64,000 nucleotides of DNA, from positions 4,440 through 68,439 of IMG/VR virus record IMGVR_UViG_3300033066_002238, one strand, 5' to 3'. The notes beneath the pieces were generated by a model. The model saw nothing but the letters and a program-made list of their open reading frames with translations, did not search any database and was not told the DNA's origin. The translations under genes and the position numbers were made by a program. Within the stretch, counting starts at the first letter, position 1. Every line of letters starts with the position of its first letter. This document shows, one piece after another, positions 46,145 through 55,045 of the stretch. The stretch comes from a virus (lineage: Duplodnaviria > Caudoviricetes).

Positions 46145-46480
46145 TCAACGATTGCGGGCTCTGGCCTTGGCAGCGGCCTTGCGCTTCCTTCGCGCCGCAG
46201 TCTTCTCGGGCCGCTCGCGGCGACGCCGCTGGGGCAGCAGGATGTCTCGCGGCTGATCGTAGGGCCGCGGCGAGGCCTCGGCAGGCACGAAGGTGTCGCC
46301 CTGCAGGTGCGGCAGCGCGGTGATCTCGACACCAGGCGGCGCGAGCATGCAGGCGATGCCCATGAGCCCTGCTGCGGTGGCCATGTAGCGGCGCGCGCCG
46401 CCCACGGAGACGGAGCGGCGCGGCGGCGGCGGCTCCGCGTTCACAGGATGATCAGTCGGGGTCGGGTCGGGCGCGTGCAT
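46145..46480 (-). CDS. Hypothetical protein with basic C-terminus
   Basis: ORF in head operon, Arg/Lys tail. Confidence 0.5.
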   Translation of the reverse strand: MHAPDPTPTDHPVNAEPPPPRRSVSVGGARRYMATAAGLMGIACMLAPPGVEITALPHLQGDTFVPAEASPRPYDQPRDILLPQRRRRERPEKTAARRKRKAAAKARARNR

Positions 46481-46481
46481 G

Positions 46482-46742
46482 CTAGTCGTCCTCCTCATCG
46501 TCGAGTTCAGGGATCGAGAGGCCCTGCGGCGGAGTCGCGGGGCGCCCGGCGCGGCCCACATCGCTGCGCAGGAGCGTGGTGCGCGCGGGCGGCATCGGCG
46601 CGCTCGGGATGCTGCTGATGTCCTTGCGGGGCCTGTCCTGCAGGATGCCGCCCGTCTCGGGGGTGGGCTCCTGCATGAGGTGCGACTGCAGCGCGGTCGC
46701 GGTGGTGCGGGTCGGTTCGTTCTTGTCGCGGTGGTGGGCCAT
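46482..46742 (-). CDS. Hypothetical disordered protein
   Basis: GGAG RBS, acidic tail. Confidence 0.5.
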   Translation of the reverse strand: MAHHRDKNEPTRTTATALQSHLMQEPTPETGGILQDRPRKDISSIPSAPMPPARTTLLRSDVGRAGRPATPPQGLSIPELDDEEDD

Positions 46743-46754
46743 GGGCAGCTCCTG

Positions 46755-48245
46755 CTAGAGGTCCGCCTCACTCAACCCGATCCGCAGGGCCAGTGCAAGC
46801 TGATCGGCCTTCGCCTGCCGCCGCTCGCTCTCGGTGAGCCCGCGCAGCCCCCGCACCTTCTGTTCCGGGGTCCAGGCATCCACACCGCCCCCGAGCGCGT
46901 CGAGGAGGAGGGCGAGCTTGCGCACGTAGGGCGGCCAGCGCGGCTCGGGCCAGAAGCGCAGCGCGCACAGGCCTTCGGCGATAGCGTGATCGGGGCCGCG
47001 CAGCGCCAGGCACGACAGCTCCGCCGTGGGCCGCACGCGCCGCTGCCACAGCGCCAGCACCCGATCGACGCGCCCGAAGCCATCGGGGGCGGTGATCGGC
47101 ACGAGGCCCTCGCGGCGGCTGCGCAGCCAGCTCGCGAGGAGGCGCCCGAAGCAGTAGGTGATCGCCGCGGCCGGGCCGTAGCCCTCCAGGTGATCGGTGC
47201 CCTCGTAGGCGCCCGCGTCCTCGTAGCCGTCCCCGATGAGGAGCTGGCGGCGGTCGGCGGAGAGCGCCGCGGGATCAGCGCCGCCGCCCCCGCCAAAGCC
47301 CCACAGCGTGAGGGCCGCATCGGGCCAGGCCCTGGCGAGCGCGTGCCACTCGGAGAGCGCCACCCTGGCGCCTTCCACGGACAGAGCACCAAGGTCAAAG
47401 CGCAGGCGCGGGTAGTTCGCCGCGGCCCACGCCGCGGCCTCCTCGATGCGCTGCCAGCCCCCCGGCGGCTGCAGGCGCAGCTCGTCCTGCAGCTGAGGGA
47501 TCTGGCGGCGCCAGTCCTGCATGGCGCGGTGGTAGGCCTCGTAGAGCGGCGGCGGGAAGCGCCAGGAGGTGCCCGCGAGCTCCTGCAGGGCCGCCGTGGT
47601 CTGGGCGCCGGCTCGCTGCTCGGGGAAATACTCCTCCAGCACCGGGGGCTTGCCCCAGCCGCCGGGCTGCGGCCGCTCGGGCGGCTCCGCGGGGCCGGGG
47701 CCGTGCGCCTCCGCCTCCCCCGGGGTGAGCGCGCGCACCGAGGAGCGGCAGCGCACGTGCAGCGGCGGCCAGTTGCGCTGCCAGAAGGGATCGTCGAAGC
47801 GCCGCACGATGCCGGCGCGGTGCCAGCAGATCTGGGAGGTGCGATAGTCGAGCAGCGGATCGAAGCGCAGGAAGGGGCGCTCCTCCAGGCGATCGGGCAG
47901 GAGCAGCTCGACGAAGCGGCCCGCGTTGTAGGCGAGCTGCAGGTTTGACTCCATGAGCGCGAGCAGCGCCGGGGCCTGCGCGTCCCCCCAGCCCTTGGCC
48001 AGGGCCTCCATGGTGGAGAGCTCGAACTCGTCGAAGCTCTGATCGGCGGCGAGGGCCTGATCGGCCTTCTCCCACACGACGCGCAGCACGTTCAGGTTCG
48101 CGGCGCTGGCCACGGTGAACGCGCGGCGGCGCGCCTGATCATCGAGCGCATCCCACTTGCCGCGCGGCAGCACCGGCCGCTCCCGCATCCACGCCATGAT
48201 GGCCCGGCGCTCGGGGCCGCGCAGGTCACGCCCCGCCATCCCCAT
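46755..48245 (-). CDS. MuF (Mu gpF) minor head protein with degenerate zincin-like C-terminal domain
   Basis: RAFTVA, YNAGR, D.RTS.IC, WPPLH..CRS; C-terminal ITYCFGR and LSCLA...AIAEG. Confidence 0.85.
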   Translation of the reverse strand: MGMAGRDLRGPERRAIMAWMRERPVLPRGKWDALDDQARRRAFTVASAANLNVLRVVWEKADQALAADQSFDEFELSTMEALAKGWGDAQAPALLALMESNLQLAYNAGRFVELLLPDRLEERPFLRFDPLLDYRTSQICWHRAGIVRRFDDPFWQRNWPPLHVRCRSSVRALTPGEAEAHGPGPAEPPERPQPGGWGKPPVLEEYFPEQRAGAQTTAALQELAGTSWRFPPPLYEAYHRAMQDWRRQIPQLQDELRLQPPGGWQRIEEAAAWAAANYPRLRFDLGALSVEGARVALSEWHALARAWPDAALTLWGFGGGGGADPAALSADRRQLLIGDGYEDAGAYEGTDHLEGYGPAAAITYCFGRLLASWLRSRREGLVPITAPDGFGRVDRVLALWQRRVRPTAELSCLALRGPDHAIAEGLCALRFWPEPRWPPYVRKLALLLDALGGGVDAWTPEQKVRGLRGLTESERRQAKADQLALALRIGLSEADL

Positions 48246-49917
48246 CGCCCTCCTTCTTCGCCGCGTAGGTGCCGACGCCCACCGCGAGGCTCATCGCGTC
48301 ATTTAGGATCCACATGAGCTGCTGTGGATCGAGCGTCGGCAGGAGCTTGGTGAGGCGCTCCTTGAGCGCGCCGTAGGGGTCCTTCTCATCTCGGCAGGCC
48401 TTGATCTCGTCCAGGATCGCGCCGGTGACCACCTGGCCCACGATCTCGACCGCATCGAGCGCGGCGCCGCCGCTCAGGCGGTCGGTGGCGAGCTGGCCCC
48501 CGATGAAGGGATCGCGCCCCCAGTGCATGAGGGTGGGCGTCTGCCGCGCGAGCGCCGCGCGCACCGTCTCGGCGTCGGCGGGCTTCTTCTTCTGCTTGCC
48601 GCTCTTGCCGGGGCGGTCGTCGCGCGGGCCATCGGCTGGGTGCTCCCCATCCCCGGGCGGATCCGCCGTCGGCGGCAGCATCTTCGAGCCTGCGACGATC
48701 GGCAGCCTGAAGATGTCCGCGTACTGCACGTGCTCCACCTGCACCCCGGCCTTTTGGAAGTTCTGCAGCGCGACGCTGGCGTAGCTGAAGGCCTGGGCGT
48801 TGAGGAGCCGCGTCTTGGCGGCGCGCTCGGTGTCCTCGGGCGGGGTGGCGTCCCAGATGGCCCTCGGCGCGTCCTGGATGCGCTTGAGGCCCCGCACCCG
48901 CTGCAGGTACGGGAAGATCACCTGGCGGTGCGTCGTCTCCATGAGGATCTGCACGTCGCCTTCGAGGAAGTCCTGGCGCACGGTCTGGTGCACCTTCGCC
49001 GCCGCGAGCGACCCGCTCTTCACGCGGGTCGTCAGGTTCTGGCCGAGGTACAGGATCGCCAGCGCTTCCTCGACGGCCAGGCGCAGCTCCTTGAACACCT
49101 GCCAGTTCGCGATCTTCGGCTCCAGCAGGAACAGCTCGCAGCTGTCCGGGAGGACGATCGTGGAGTCGGAGACCATCTTGCGCAGCGCGGCGATGGCTTT
49201 TTGGACGTCCTCGATCTCGGCGGTGGACGCCTTTGCCTTGAGCACCTTGCTGGGGCTGCCATGGACCTTGCTGTTGCGGCTCCAGTCGGCGAGCGTCGCC
49301 TGCCGGATGACGAGGAGCAGGCCCACCGCGCGCACGAGCGCCGCCATCCACGGCTGGCGCTCCAGCCACGAGGTGAACACCACCCACTTGCCATCCCCCG
49401 GCTCCACGGTGACGAGGCCCTCTTCCTTCGTCATCACCTGGAATCGCTTGAGCTGATCGTTGTAGAGCACGTGCGACGGGTGCCAGGCGTGCAGCGTCGG
49501 CGTGCCCGTGTTCCACCCGCGGAGTTCGCAGACGCAGAACCCCATGTGCAGGGTCCAGAAGAGCACCTCGCTCTGCACGTTCTTGGGGAACAGGGTGGGG
49601 AACTGATCGAGCAGCTCCTGATCCTCGGGCTCGATGCGGAAGGGGAGACCCTTGACGGCGAGCAGGCGCGTCTGGATGAGGCCCTGGATCTCATCATCGC
49701 GCATGAGCGAGTCGCACAGGGTGGAGCTGCGCACGAAGTTGTGAATCTCGTGCTCCGCGTTCACCGCCTGGATGTTCGGCCACGTCCAGATCGGCGGGGG
49801 CCGCAGCGGCAGGAACTCGTCGTGGTCGATGCGTTCACCGCTCGCCTTGCCCTCGCGAAGGCGTGGCTGCGGGAACTTCTTGGCGATTGCGGTACCGATG
49901 CGCGCGAAGATGCCCAT
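48226..49917 (-). CDS. Portal protein (DUF935/Mu gp29-like)
   Basis: LMRDDEI.GL..TR..AV, LYLGQNLT...GS.AA..VH.VR.D motifs. Confidence 0.88.
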   Translation of the reverse strand: MGIFARIGTAIAKKFPQPRLREGKASGERIDHDEFLPLRPPPIWTWPNIQAVNAEHEIHNFVRSSTLCDSLMRDDEIQGLIQTRLLAVKGLPFRIEPEDQELLDQFPTLFPKNVQSEVLFWTLHMGFCVCELRGWNTGTPTLHAWHPSHVLYNDQLKRFQVMTKEEGLVTVEPGDGKWVVFTSWLERQPWMAALVRAVGLLLVIRQATLADWSRNSKVHGSPSKVLKAKASTAEIEDVQKAIAALRKMVSDSTIVLPDSCELFLLEPKIANWQVFKELRLAVEEALAILYLGQNLTTRVKSGSLAAAKVHQTVRQDFLEGDVQILMETTHRQVIFPYLQRVRGLKRIQDAPRAIWDATPPEDTERAAKTRLLNAQAFSYASVALQNFQKAGVQVEHVQYADIFRLPIVAGSKMLPPTADPPGDGEHPADGPRDDRPGKSGKQKKKPADAETVRAALARQTPTLMHWGRDPFIGGQLATDRLSGGAALDAVEIVGQVVTGAILDEIKACRDEKDPYGALKERLTKLLPTLDPQQLMWILNDAMSLAVGVGTYAAKKEGDGDGGA

Positions 49918-50013
49918 GGATCGAGCGTAGCACGCAGGCCGGGCTCGCCAGCGCGGGCAGATCTTGACCGGTCATCACTTGCTAGCTATAAATAGAGCCC
50001 TGGAGGCCATCCC
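49918..50013. promoter_or_regulatory. Divergent promoters (late head operon versus rightward operon)
   Basis: Minus TGC-TACGCT-N6-ATG; plus TTGACC-N17-TATAAA with CTTGCTAGC. Confidence 0.65.
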
Positions 50014-51957
50014 ATGATCACGCCCCTTCGTCACGTCCTGTTCCTGGAAGATGCACTGCGCGACCTCATCGCCGGAGACGCGCGCGCGGCGCTGTACCGC
50101 GCTGCCACCGTGAGCGTCGAGGAGGGCGATGTCAGCTTGCCCTCTCGGGTGCTGCGCTACCTGAAGGGCCTGCAGCCCGCGCGCATCGATCAGCTCGACT
50201 GTCTGCAGCTGCACAACGCCGTGGTGGGGCTCATCGGGGCGGCGCCGTTGATGGAGGAGCGGGATCTGTTGCCGCAGCTGCGCGCGCTGCTCGTCGGCGC
50301 CTACCGCGGGGCGCTGCAGGAGCTTGCGCAGGGGCTGTGCTGCGCCGGGGCGGCCACCGTGGAGTCAAGCCCCCCGTCCCAGATGCTGCCGCTGTGGATC
50401 GCCACCGCGCGGTGGCTGGGTGAGACGGGGGAGCTCCTGGAGACCGCGGTAGCGGGCCTGTCGCAGGAGAGCGCGCTGGAGGAGATGGCGCGCGACCTGC
50501 TCGCCTGGCGCCGCGGCAAGGTGCTGCGCGAGGCGGCGGCGACCTGCGACATCAGTGACGAAAATCCAGTGTGGGTGAAAGGTCCGACGTGGCGCGTGCT
50601 CAAGGGCGCGAGCGCCATCCTGCACCCCTTCGACGAGTCGCCCGGCGCGATGCTGATCCGCCTGGCCGAGAACCTGCTGGGCATGGAGGAGGGGAACGCG
50701 CTGCGCATCCTCAGGGAGCGCCTCGCGAGCATGGGGCCGACGTCCATGGCGTTCGCGGAGCAGGCGATGACCGTGTGCGACCTGCGGGCGCTGCTCAGGG
50801 CCGCGCTGCTGGCGCAGGCCCACGCCGACGAGCCGACGCCCTGGCGCGTGCGGCGCAGCCGCCCGAGCGCGGTGCTGGTGGCGATGCAGATCGCCTCCTC
50901 CTGGGGGGTGCCGCGCATGCCGCTGCCGCGGAGCACTGAGGCGCTGCGCGTGCTGCACCGGATGGCCGAGCGCAGCGAGGTGGTGGTGCTGGGCTGCGTG
51001 CCGCGCGACCGGGCGGAGCTTGACGACCTCGCGCGGGCGCTGACGACGCCGCGACGCTTCCCGGGGAGCGTCCCCGGCCAGCCCTGGCCGCAGGGGCTGA
51101 CGCTGCTCGGCGTGGAGGATCAGCTCTTCCTGGTGCCGGGCACGCCGCAGGCCTCCGCCGCCACCGAGGCGCTGTGGCGCGCGGTGCGCATCTTCCCGCT
51201 CGGGGCCATCTGCGCCGAGGCGCCGCCGTTCCTGATCGGGCCGACCATGTACAGCCTGGGGGAGGCGGCGGCGCAGGGGTTCGTGCAGGGGGCCGGCGTC
51301 GAGAAGGAGGAGACCACGCTGCAGGACGCCCTGAACCAGGCCCTGGCGAACTTCGGGCGCACCGGCGGGGTGACGCTCTCGCGCGAGGGCGATGACCTGG
51401 AGGTGCGAGGCGAGGTGGCGCGCGGGAACCTGCGCCCCTTCAAGCTGCCGCCGATCGACGACGCCACGCTCACCGGTGCGATCGTGAAGCTCATCCGCGG
51501 CACCGGCGGTGATGCTTCCGACGAAGCGCTGCAGGCAGCGATCGAGGAGGAGTACGGCGACCTCATCACCGGCAAGGCGGGCGACGCCCTGATGACCGTG
51601 CGCCGGGGCGAGGCGGTGCACGTGATCCTGCCGGGCCACGTGGAGCAGGTGGAGATGACCGTCGGCTTCGAGGGGGAGGCTGATCACGATCTGGAGTCCG
51701 CGCGCGCCGGGCTGATGGCGCTGCTGCAGCAGCGGCACCTGGAGCAGGCCGCGGTGCTGGCGGAGGACTGCACCCACTGCGAGGCGAAGGCCGGGGAGCC
51801 CTGCACGAACTTCGGCGCCCCCGGCGAGCCGATGCCCGACGGCTACGAGTTCCACACCCAGCGCGCGATCGCCGCCTGGCACAAGCGGGTGCTGGCCGAG
51901 GCGGCAGCGCGCATGGGGGACGCGGAGATCACCGCGCCCGGTGAGGCGGCCTCGTGA
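50014..51957 (+). CDS. Large hypothetical protein with C-terminal zinc-finger
   Basis: GGAGG RBS; CTHCEAKAGEPC...H..R. Confidence 0.8.
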   Translation: MITPLRHVLFLEDALRDLIAGDARAALYRAATVSVEEGDVSLPSRVLRYLKGLQPARIDQLDCLQLHNAVVGLIGAAPLMEERDLLPQLRALLVGAYRGALQELAQGLCCAGAATVESSPPSQMLPLWIATARWLGETGELLETAVAGLSQESALEEMARDLLAWRRGKVLREAAATCDISDENPVWVKGPTWRVLKGASAILHPFDESPGAMLIRLAENLLGMEEGNALRILRERLASMGPTSMAFAEQAMTVCDLRALLRAALLAQAHADEPTPWRVRRSRPSAVLVAMQIASSWGVPRMPLPRSTEALRVLHRMAERSEVVVLGCVPRDRAELDDLARALTTPRRFPGSVPGQPWPQGLTLLGVEDQLFLVPGTPQASAATEALWRAVRIFPLGAICAEAPPFLIGPTMYSLGEAAAQGFVQGAGVEKEETTLQDALNQALANFGRTGGVTLSREGDDLEVRGEVARGNLRPFKLPPIDDATLTGAIVKLIRGTGGDASDEALQAAIEEEYGDLITGKAGDALMTVRRGEAVHVILPGHVEQVEMTVGFEGEADHDLESARAGLMALLQQRHLEQAAVLAEDCTHCEAKAGEPCTNFGAPGEPMPDGYEFHTQRAIAAWHKRVLAEAAARMGDAEITAPGEAAS

Positions 51958-52355
51958 GAATCCGCAAGCTGCTGTGCCAGCTGCTGGGCGCCATCCCGCG
52001 CGAGGACGCGGCGGCGCGCGAGCTGGAGCTGCGCATGGCCCTGGCCCAGCTCGCCGGGCTGCAGGACGAGCTGCGCGAGGAGCGCGAGCAGGTGGTGCGC
52101 ACGCGGCGGCTATACGCGATGCAGTCGCTCACGATCGACAACCTGCGGGTGGCGCTGGTGATGCTCACCGAGGCCGCGCAGGACATGCTGCAGCTCTTCG
52201 ATGGGGCGATCGTGCATCCGCGGATGCTGGCGTCGTTCGCCCGCCTGCGCGAGGCGATGCAGCCCGGAGTGCAGGCCGCCGCAGCTGATCAGCGTGCCAG
52301 CGACGCGGAGGAGGCGCCGCAAGGGGCCGCAGCTGATCAACCGGTGCAGCCGTGA
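51954..52355 (+). CDS. Coiled-coil hypothetical protein
   Basis: GTGA-coupled. Confidence 0.65.
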   Translation: MRIRKLLCQLLGAIPREDAAARELELRMALAQLAGLQDELREEREQVVRTRRLYAMQSLTIDNLRVALVMLTEAAQDMLQLFDGAIVHPRMLASFARLREAMQPGVQAAAADQRASDAEEAPQGAAADQPVQP

Positions 52356-52681
52356 GCGAGGCGCCCAGCACGCCCAGCGCCCCGGCGCTCACCATCCAGA
52401 TCCCCGCCGAGACCATCGCGTCGGCGATCCTCGGCAACCCGCGGATCCTCGCCGGGCCGATCGCGTCGGCCATCCACGGCATGGCCCCGAACATCCACCA
52501 GGCCGTGCAGACGGAGCTCGGCCACCTGCTCGCGGACGACGCCTTCCGCCTGCTCCTGCGCGGGGCGCTGCGCGAGGGCCTCCTGGATCAGGCGCGCAAG
52601 AAGGGCGCCGAGCTGGTGGATGGCCTGTCGAAGGTGAAGACGCGAGAGCTGCTCCTGTCCCTCCCCGATCCTGCCCGCTGA
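52352..52681 (+). CDS. Hypothetical protein
   Basis: GTGA-coupled. Confidence 0.65.
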   Translation: MSEAPSTPSAPALTIQIPAETIASAILGNPRILAGPIASAIHGMAPNIHQAVQTELGHLLADDAFRLLLRGALREGLLDQARKKGAELVDGLSKVKTRELLLSLPDPAR

Positions 52682-53298
52682 TGTCCAAGCGCATCACCCC
52701 CACCCTGGCCCAGCGCGTCGAGATCGGCGCGCGCCTGCGGCGCAAGGAGACCCGCGCCCAGATCGCTCGCGCCATGGGGCTCGGGCTCGAGATCGTGGGC
52801 CGGGTGGCGCCGGCCCGGCGCGTGGACGGCGCCGAGGTGGCGGCGCGCGCGGCGCGGGGGGAGTCGATCCAGGCGATCGCTGCAGCGATGGGGTGGCCCA
52901 AGAACACCATCTACATCTACTGCAGGCGCCACGGGATCGAGGGCCGCTTCGATCCGGAGCTGCGGGGCGGCCCCGGCCTGCCGCGGCTGCACAAGACGCC
53001 CGGCGCGCACCAGACGCCGCTCAGCCTGCGCCTGCGGCAGCTGCGCTGCGGAGCGAACCTCACGGCGCGGAAGGTCGCCCCGATCGCGGGCATGGGCTAC
53101 AGCGCCTACCGCGCCATGGAGGCGGGCCGCGTGCGCCCCCAGGCGCAGACCCTCGCCCGCCTCGCCCGCTTCTACAAGGTGCCGCTGGCGGAGCTGCTGG
53201 CGCTAGCGCCGCAGAGCGGGGGCCTGGCCCAGCGCGGCGGCAGCGCGGCCAGCCTGGACGAGCTGGCCGCCGCCCTCGGGCTACCTCAGGATCGTTGA
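52681..53298 (+). CDS. Transcription regulator with two small HTH units plus XRE-type HTH
   Basis: ETRAQIARAMG, ESIQAIAAAMG..KNTIY, RLRQLR..LTARKVA...MEAG..P...LARLA. Confidence 0.8.
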   Translation: MSKRITPTLAQRVEIGARLRRKETRAQIARAMGLGLEIVGRVAPARRVDGAEVAARAARGESIQAIAAAMGWPKNTIYIYCRRHGIEGRFDPELRGGPGLPRLHKTPGAHQTPLSLRLRQLRCGANLTARKVAPIAGMGYSAYRAMEAGRVRPQAQTLARLARFYKVPLAELLALAPQSGGLAQRGGSAASLDELAAALGLPQDR

Positions 53299-53330
53299 CG
53301 TCTGCCGTGATGCTTGCTATATAGCAAGCA
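53295..53330 (+). promoter_or_regulatory. Sigma70 promoter with perfect 20 bp palindrome; leaderless start
   Basis: TTGACG-N17-TATATA-N6-ATG; TGCTTGCTATATAGCAAGCA at 53311-53330. Confidence 0.8.
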
Positions 53331-53788
53331 TGAGCAATTCAAACGACCACCTGCTCGACCTCCTCAACGGCACCCCCCTCACCCCCGACAACCTGAAGGC
53401 GGTCGCCAACCGGCCTGGCTGCCCGCCTGAGCTGTCAGCTGGCATCAAGATCGCCCTGATGATGCAGGAGCGCCTCAAGACCGCCGCCGGAGACGATGCG
53501 CTGCTTCGCGGGGCCAGGCCGCTGGTGCTGCTGACCACGTGCCAGGGGTGCAGCGAGACCATGCTGCGCGAGGAGGCGACGTGGATAAACGACGAGCCCT
53601 ACCACCAGGGCTGCATACCCGCGGTGCGAGTAGAGCAGACGATCCCCGGGCCGCGCACCCTCACGGTTGCCCTGAACCCTGATGGCACCATCGCCGAGGT
53701 GGATGCGCAGTTCATCGAGAGGACGTATCGCGTGAACGTCGATCGCACCAAGGACCTGCGCACCTGCGACACCCTGCCCCTCATTTGA
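53330..53788 (+). CDS. Hypothetical protein
   Basis: ORF directly after promoter. Confidence 0.7.
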   Translation: MSNSNDHLLDLLNGTPLTPDNLKAVANRPGCPPELSAGIKIALMMQERLKTAAGDDALLRGARPLVLLTTCQGCSETMLREEATWINDEPYHQGCIPAVRVEQTIPGPRTLTVALNPDGTIAEVDAQFIERTYRVNVDRTKDLRTCDTLPLI

Positions 53789-54522
53789 TGTCGAATTTTA
53801 GGACCCCCGGCGCCGATGTCTCTCGGCGGGACACCACCTGCCGCAAGGTGGGCTACCTCGGCCAGCTCCAGCTCGGCGCGGAGCCCGGCCGCGCGGGGTG
53901 GGTGCGGCGCGCGCTGCGCCTGCGGGTGGCCGAGAGCCGCCAGGATCGCGCCCTGTGCGCCCGGATCCTGCGCGAGCGGCACTATCTGCAGTCGAGCAAG
54001 ATGCGGCCCCACACCCTGGTGCTGAGCGTGCTGGCGGACCTGCAGGGCGCTGGCCCTGGCGATGCCGGCGCCGCAGGCCTGGTTCAGGTGGCCGCGCTGC
54101 CCGGGAACTACCCGGTGCTGCAGGCGGTCGGAGCGGCGCAGTATGAGGCGCTCACCCTGCACCGCCTGTGGCGCGCCGACGATCTGGGGCCCGCGGTGGC
54201 CCCCGGCCTCACCCCGGAGTTCCTGCGGCGCGTCGTGCGCGGGGAGCGGGGCCGCGGACCCTGGCGAGGCCTTCGAGAAGAATGGCTCGCCCGCAAGTGC
54301 CGGGAGGACGGCTGGCGCGCCGCGCCGCGGCTCCTGCTCACCTATGCCGACCCGGGCCAGGGCCACGACGGCGCCACCTACCTCGCCGCGGGCGCGATCG
54401 CCTGCGGCCTGTGCCCGAGCGGCAAGCTGCTCTTCGTCTGGTCCCTGGATCAGGCGCTGTCCGAACCTCTCAAGCGGTGGGCTGCGGCCCGCCTGGACCG
54501 ACAACCCGAAGGAGGAGTCTGA
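53785..54522 (+). CDS. Mom-like (GNAT-fold) adenine modification protein
   Basis: ERHYL, LTLHRLW, LLTYADPGQGHDGATYLAAG motifs resemble the Mu Mom family. Confidence 0.7.
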   Translation: MMSNFRTPGADVSRRDTTCRKVGYLGQLQLGAEPGRAGWVRRALRLRVAESRQDRALCARILRERHYLQSSKMRPHTLVLSVLADLQGAGPGDAGAAGLVQVAALPGNYPVLQAVGAAQYEALTLHRLWRADDLGPAVAPGLTPEFLRRVVRGERGRGPWRGLREEWLARKCREDGWRAAPRLLLTYADPGQGHDGATYLAAGAIACGLCPSGKLLFVWSLDQALSEPLKRWAAARLDRQPEGGV

Positions 54523-54524
54523 CC

Positions 54525-54803
54525 ATGCTGTCCCGAAGGAATTTTGTTCGTCTCGTCGCTGGCGCTCTGGTTCTTACCCCCCCCCTCGTCGGACTGGCGC
54601 AGGTGCCCGGTTGGAAGATCTGCCACAAGGAGGGCCACCTGAAGGGCTCCAAGACGTACACGACGGACTATCCCGTCAACGGCTACCCGGGCTGCACCAA
54701 GACGCTGCACTCCACCAAGTGCCCCCGGTGCAACAGCGACTGGACCTTCAAGGTGACCTTCTCGGGCGTCTGCCCCAAGCAGGATGACGACGACGCCTGC
54801 TGA
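54525..54803 (+). CDS. Small Cys-rich protein with twin-arginine (Tat) signal
   Basis: AAGGAGGAG RBS; MLSRRNFVRL..hydrophobic..LAQ; six Cys including CPRC. Confidence 0.8.
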   Translation: MLSRRNFVRLVAGALVLTPPLVGLAQVPGWKICHKEGHLKGSKTYTTDYPVNGYPGCTKTLHSTKCPRCNSDWTFKVTFSGVCPKQDDDDAC

Positions 54804-55010
54804 TTTTTCAGCTCCGATCGATAGATCCGCCTCCGATCGGCGTCTTATAGCTCCGCGCTTTTACCCCACCTGACATCCTGTGACCTGAGTCACACACCCG
54901 CACAGCGTCATCCGATCATCCCTCCATCCGTTCTCCTTGCGGTGTAGGGTCCTGCGACGGAGCACGCGCCTGCTCAAAAAAGTCGCTTGCTCATTATTCG
55001 CGCGTGATGA

Positions 55011-55030
55011 TGCTTGCTAGCTAGCAAGTA
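55011..55030. promoter_or_regulatory. Palindromic operator CTTGCTAGCTAGCAAG
   Basis: Perfect 16 bp palindrome 55013-55028 immediately upstream of AAGGAG RBS. Confidence 0.7.
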
Positions 55031-55045
55031 AAGGAGCACCTCACC

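Noticed and set aside
54860-54940. Minus-strand chain of coupled mini-ORFs (MEG*, MIG*, MTLCGCVTQVTGCQVG*) behind an AAGGAG, and a CTCCGATCG direct repeat at 54812/54831
   Set aside because: Very short, no promoter support, plausible by chance
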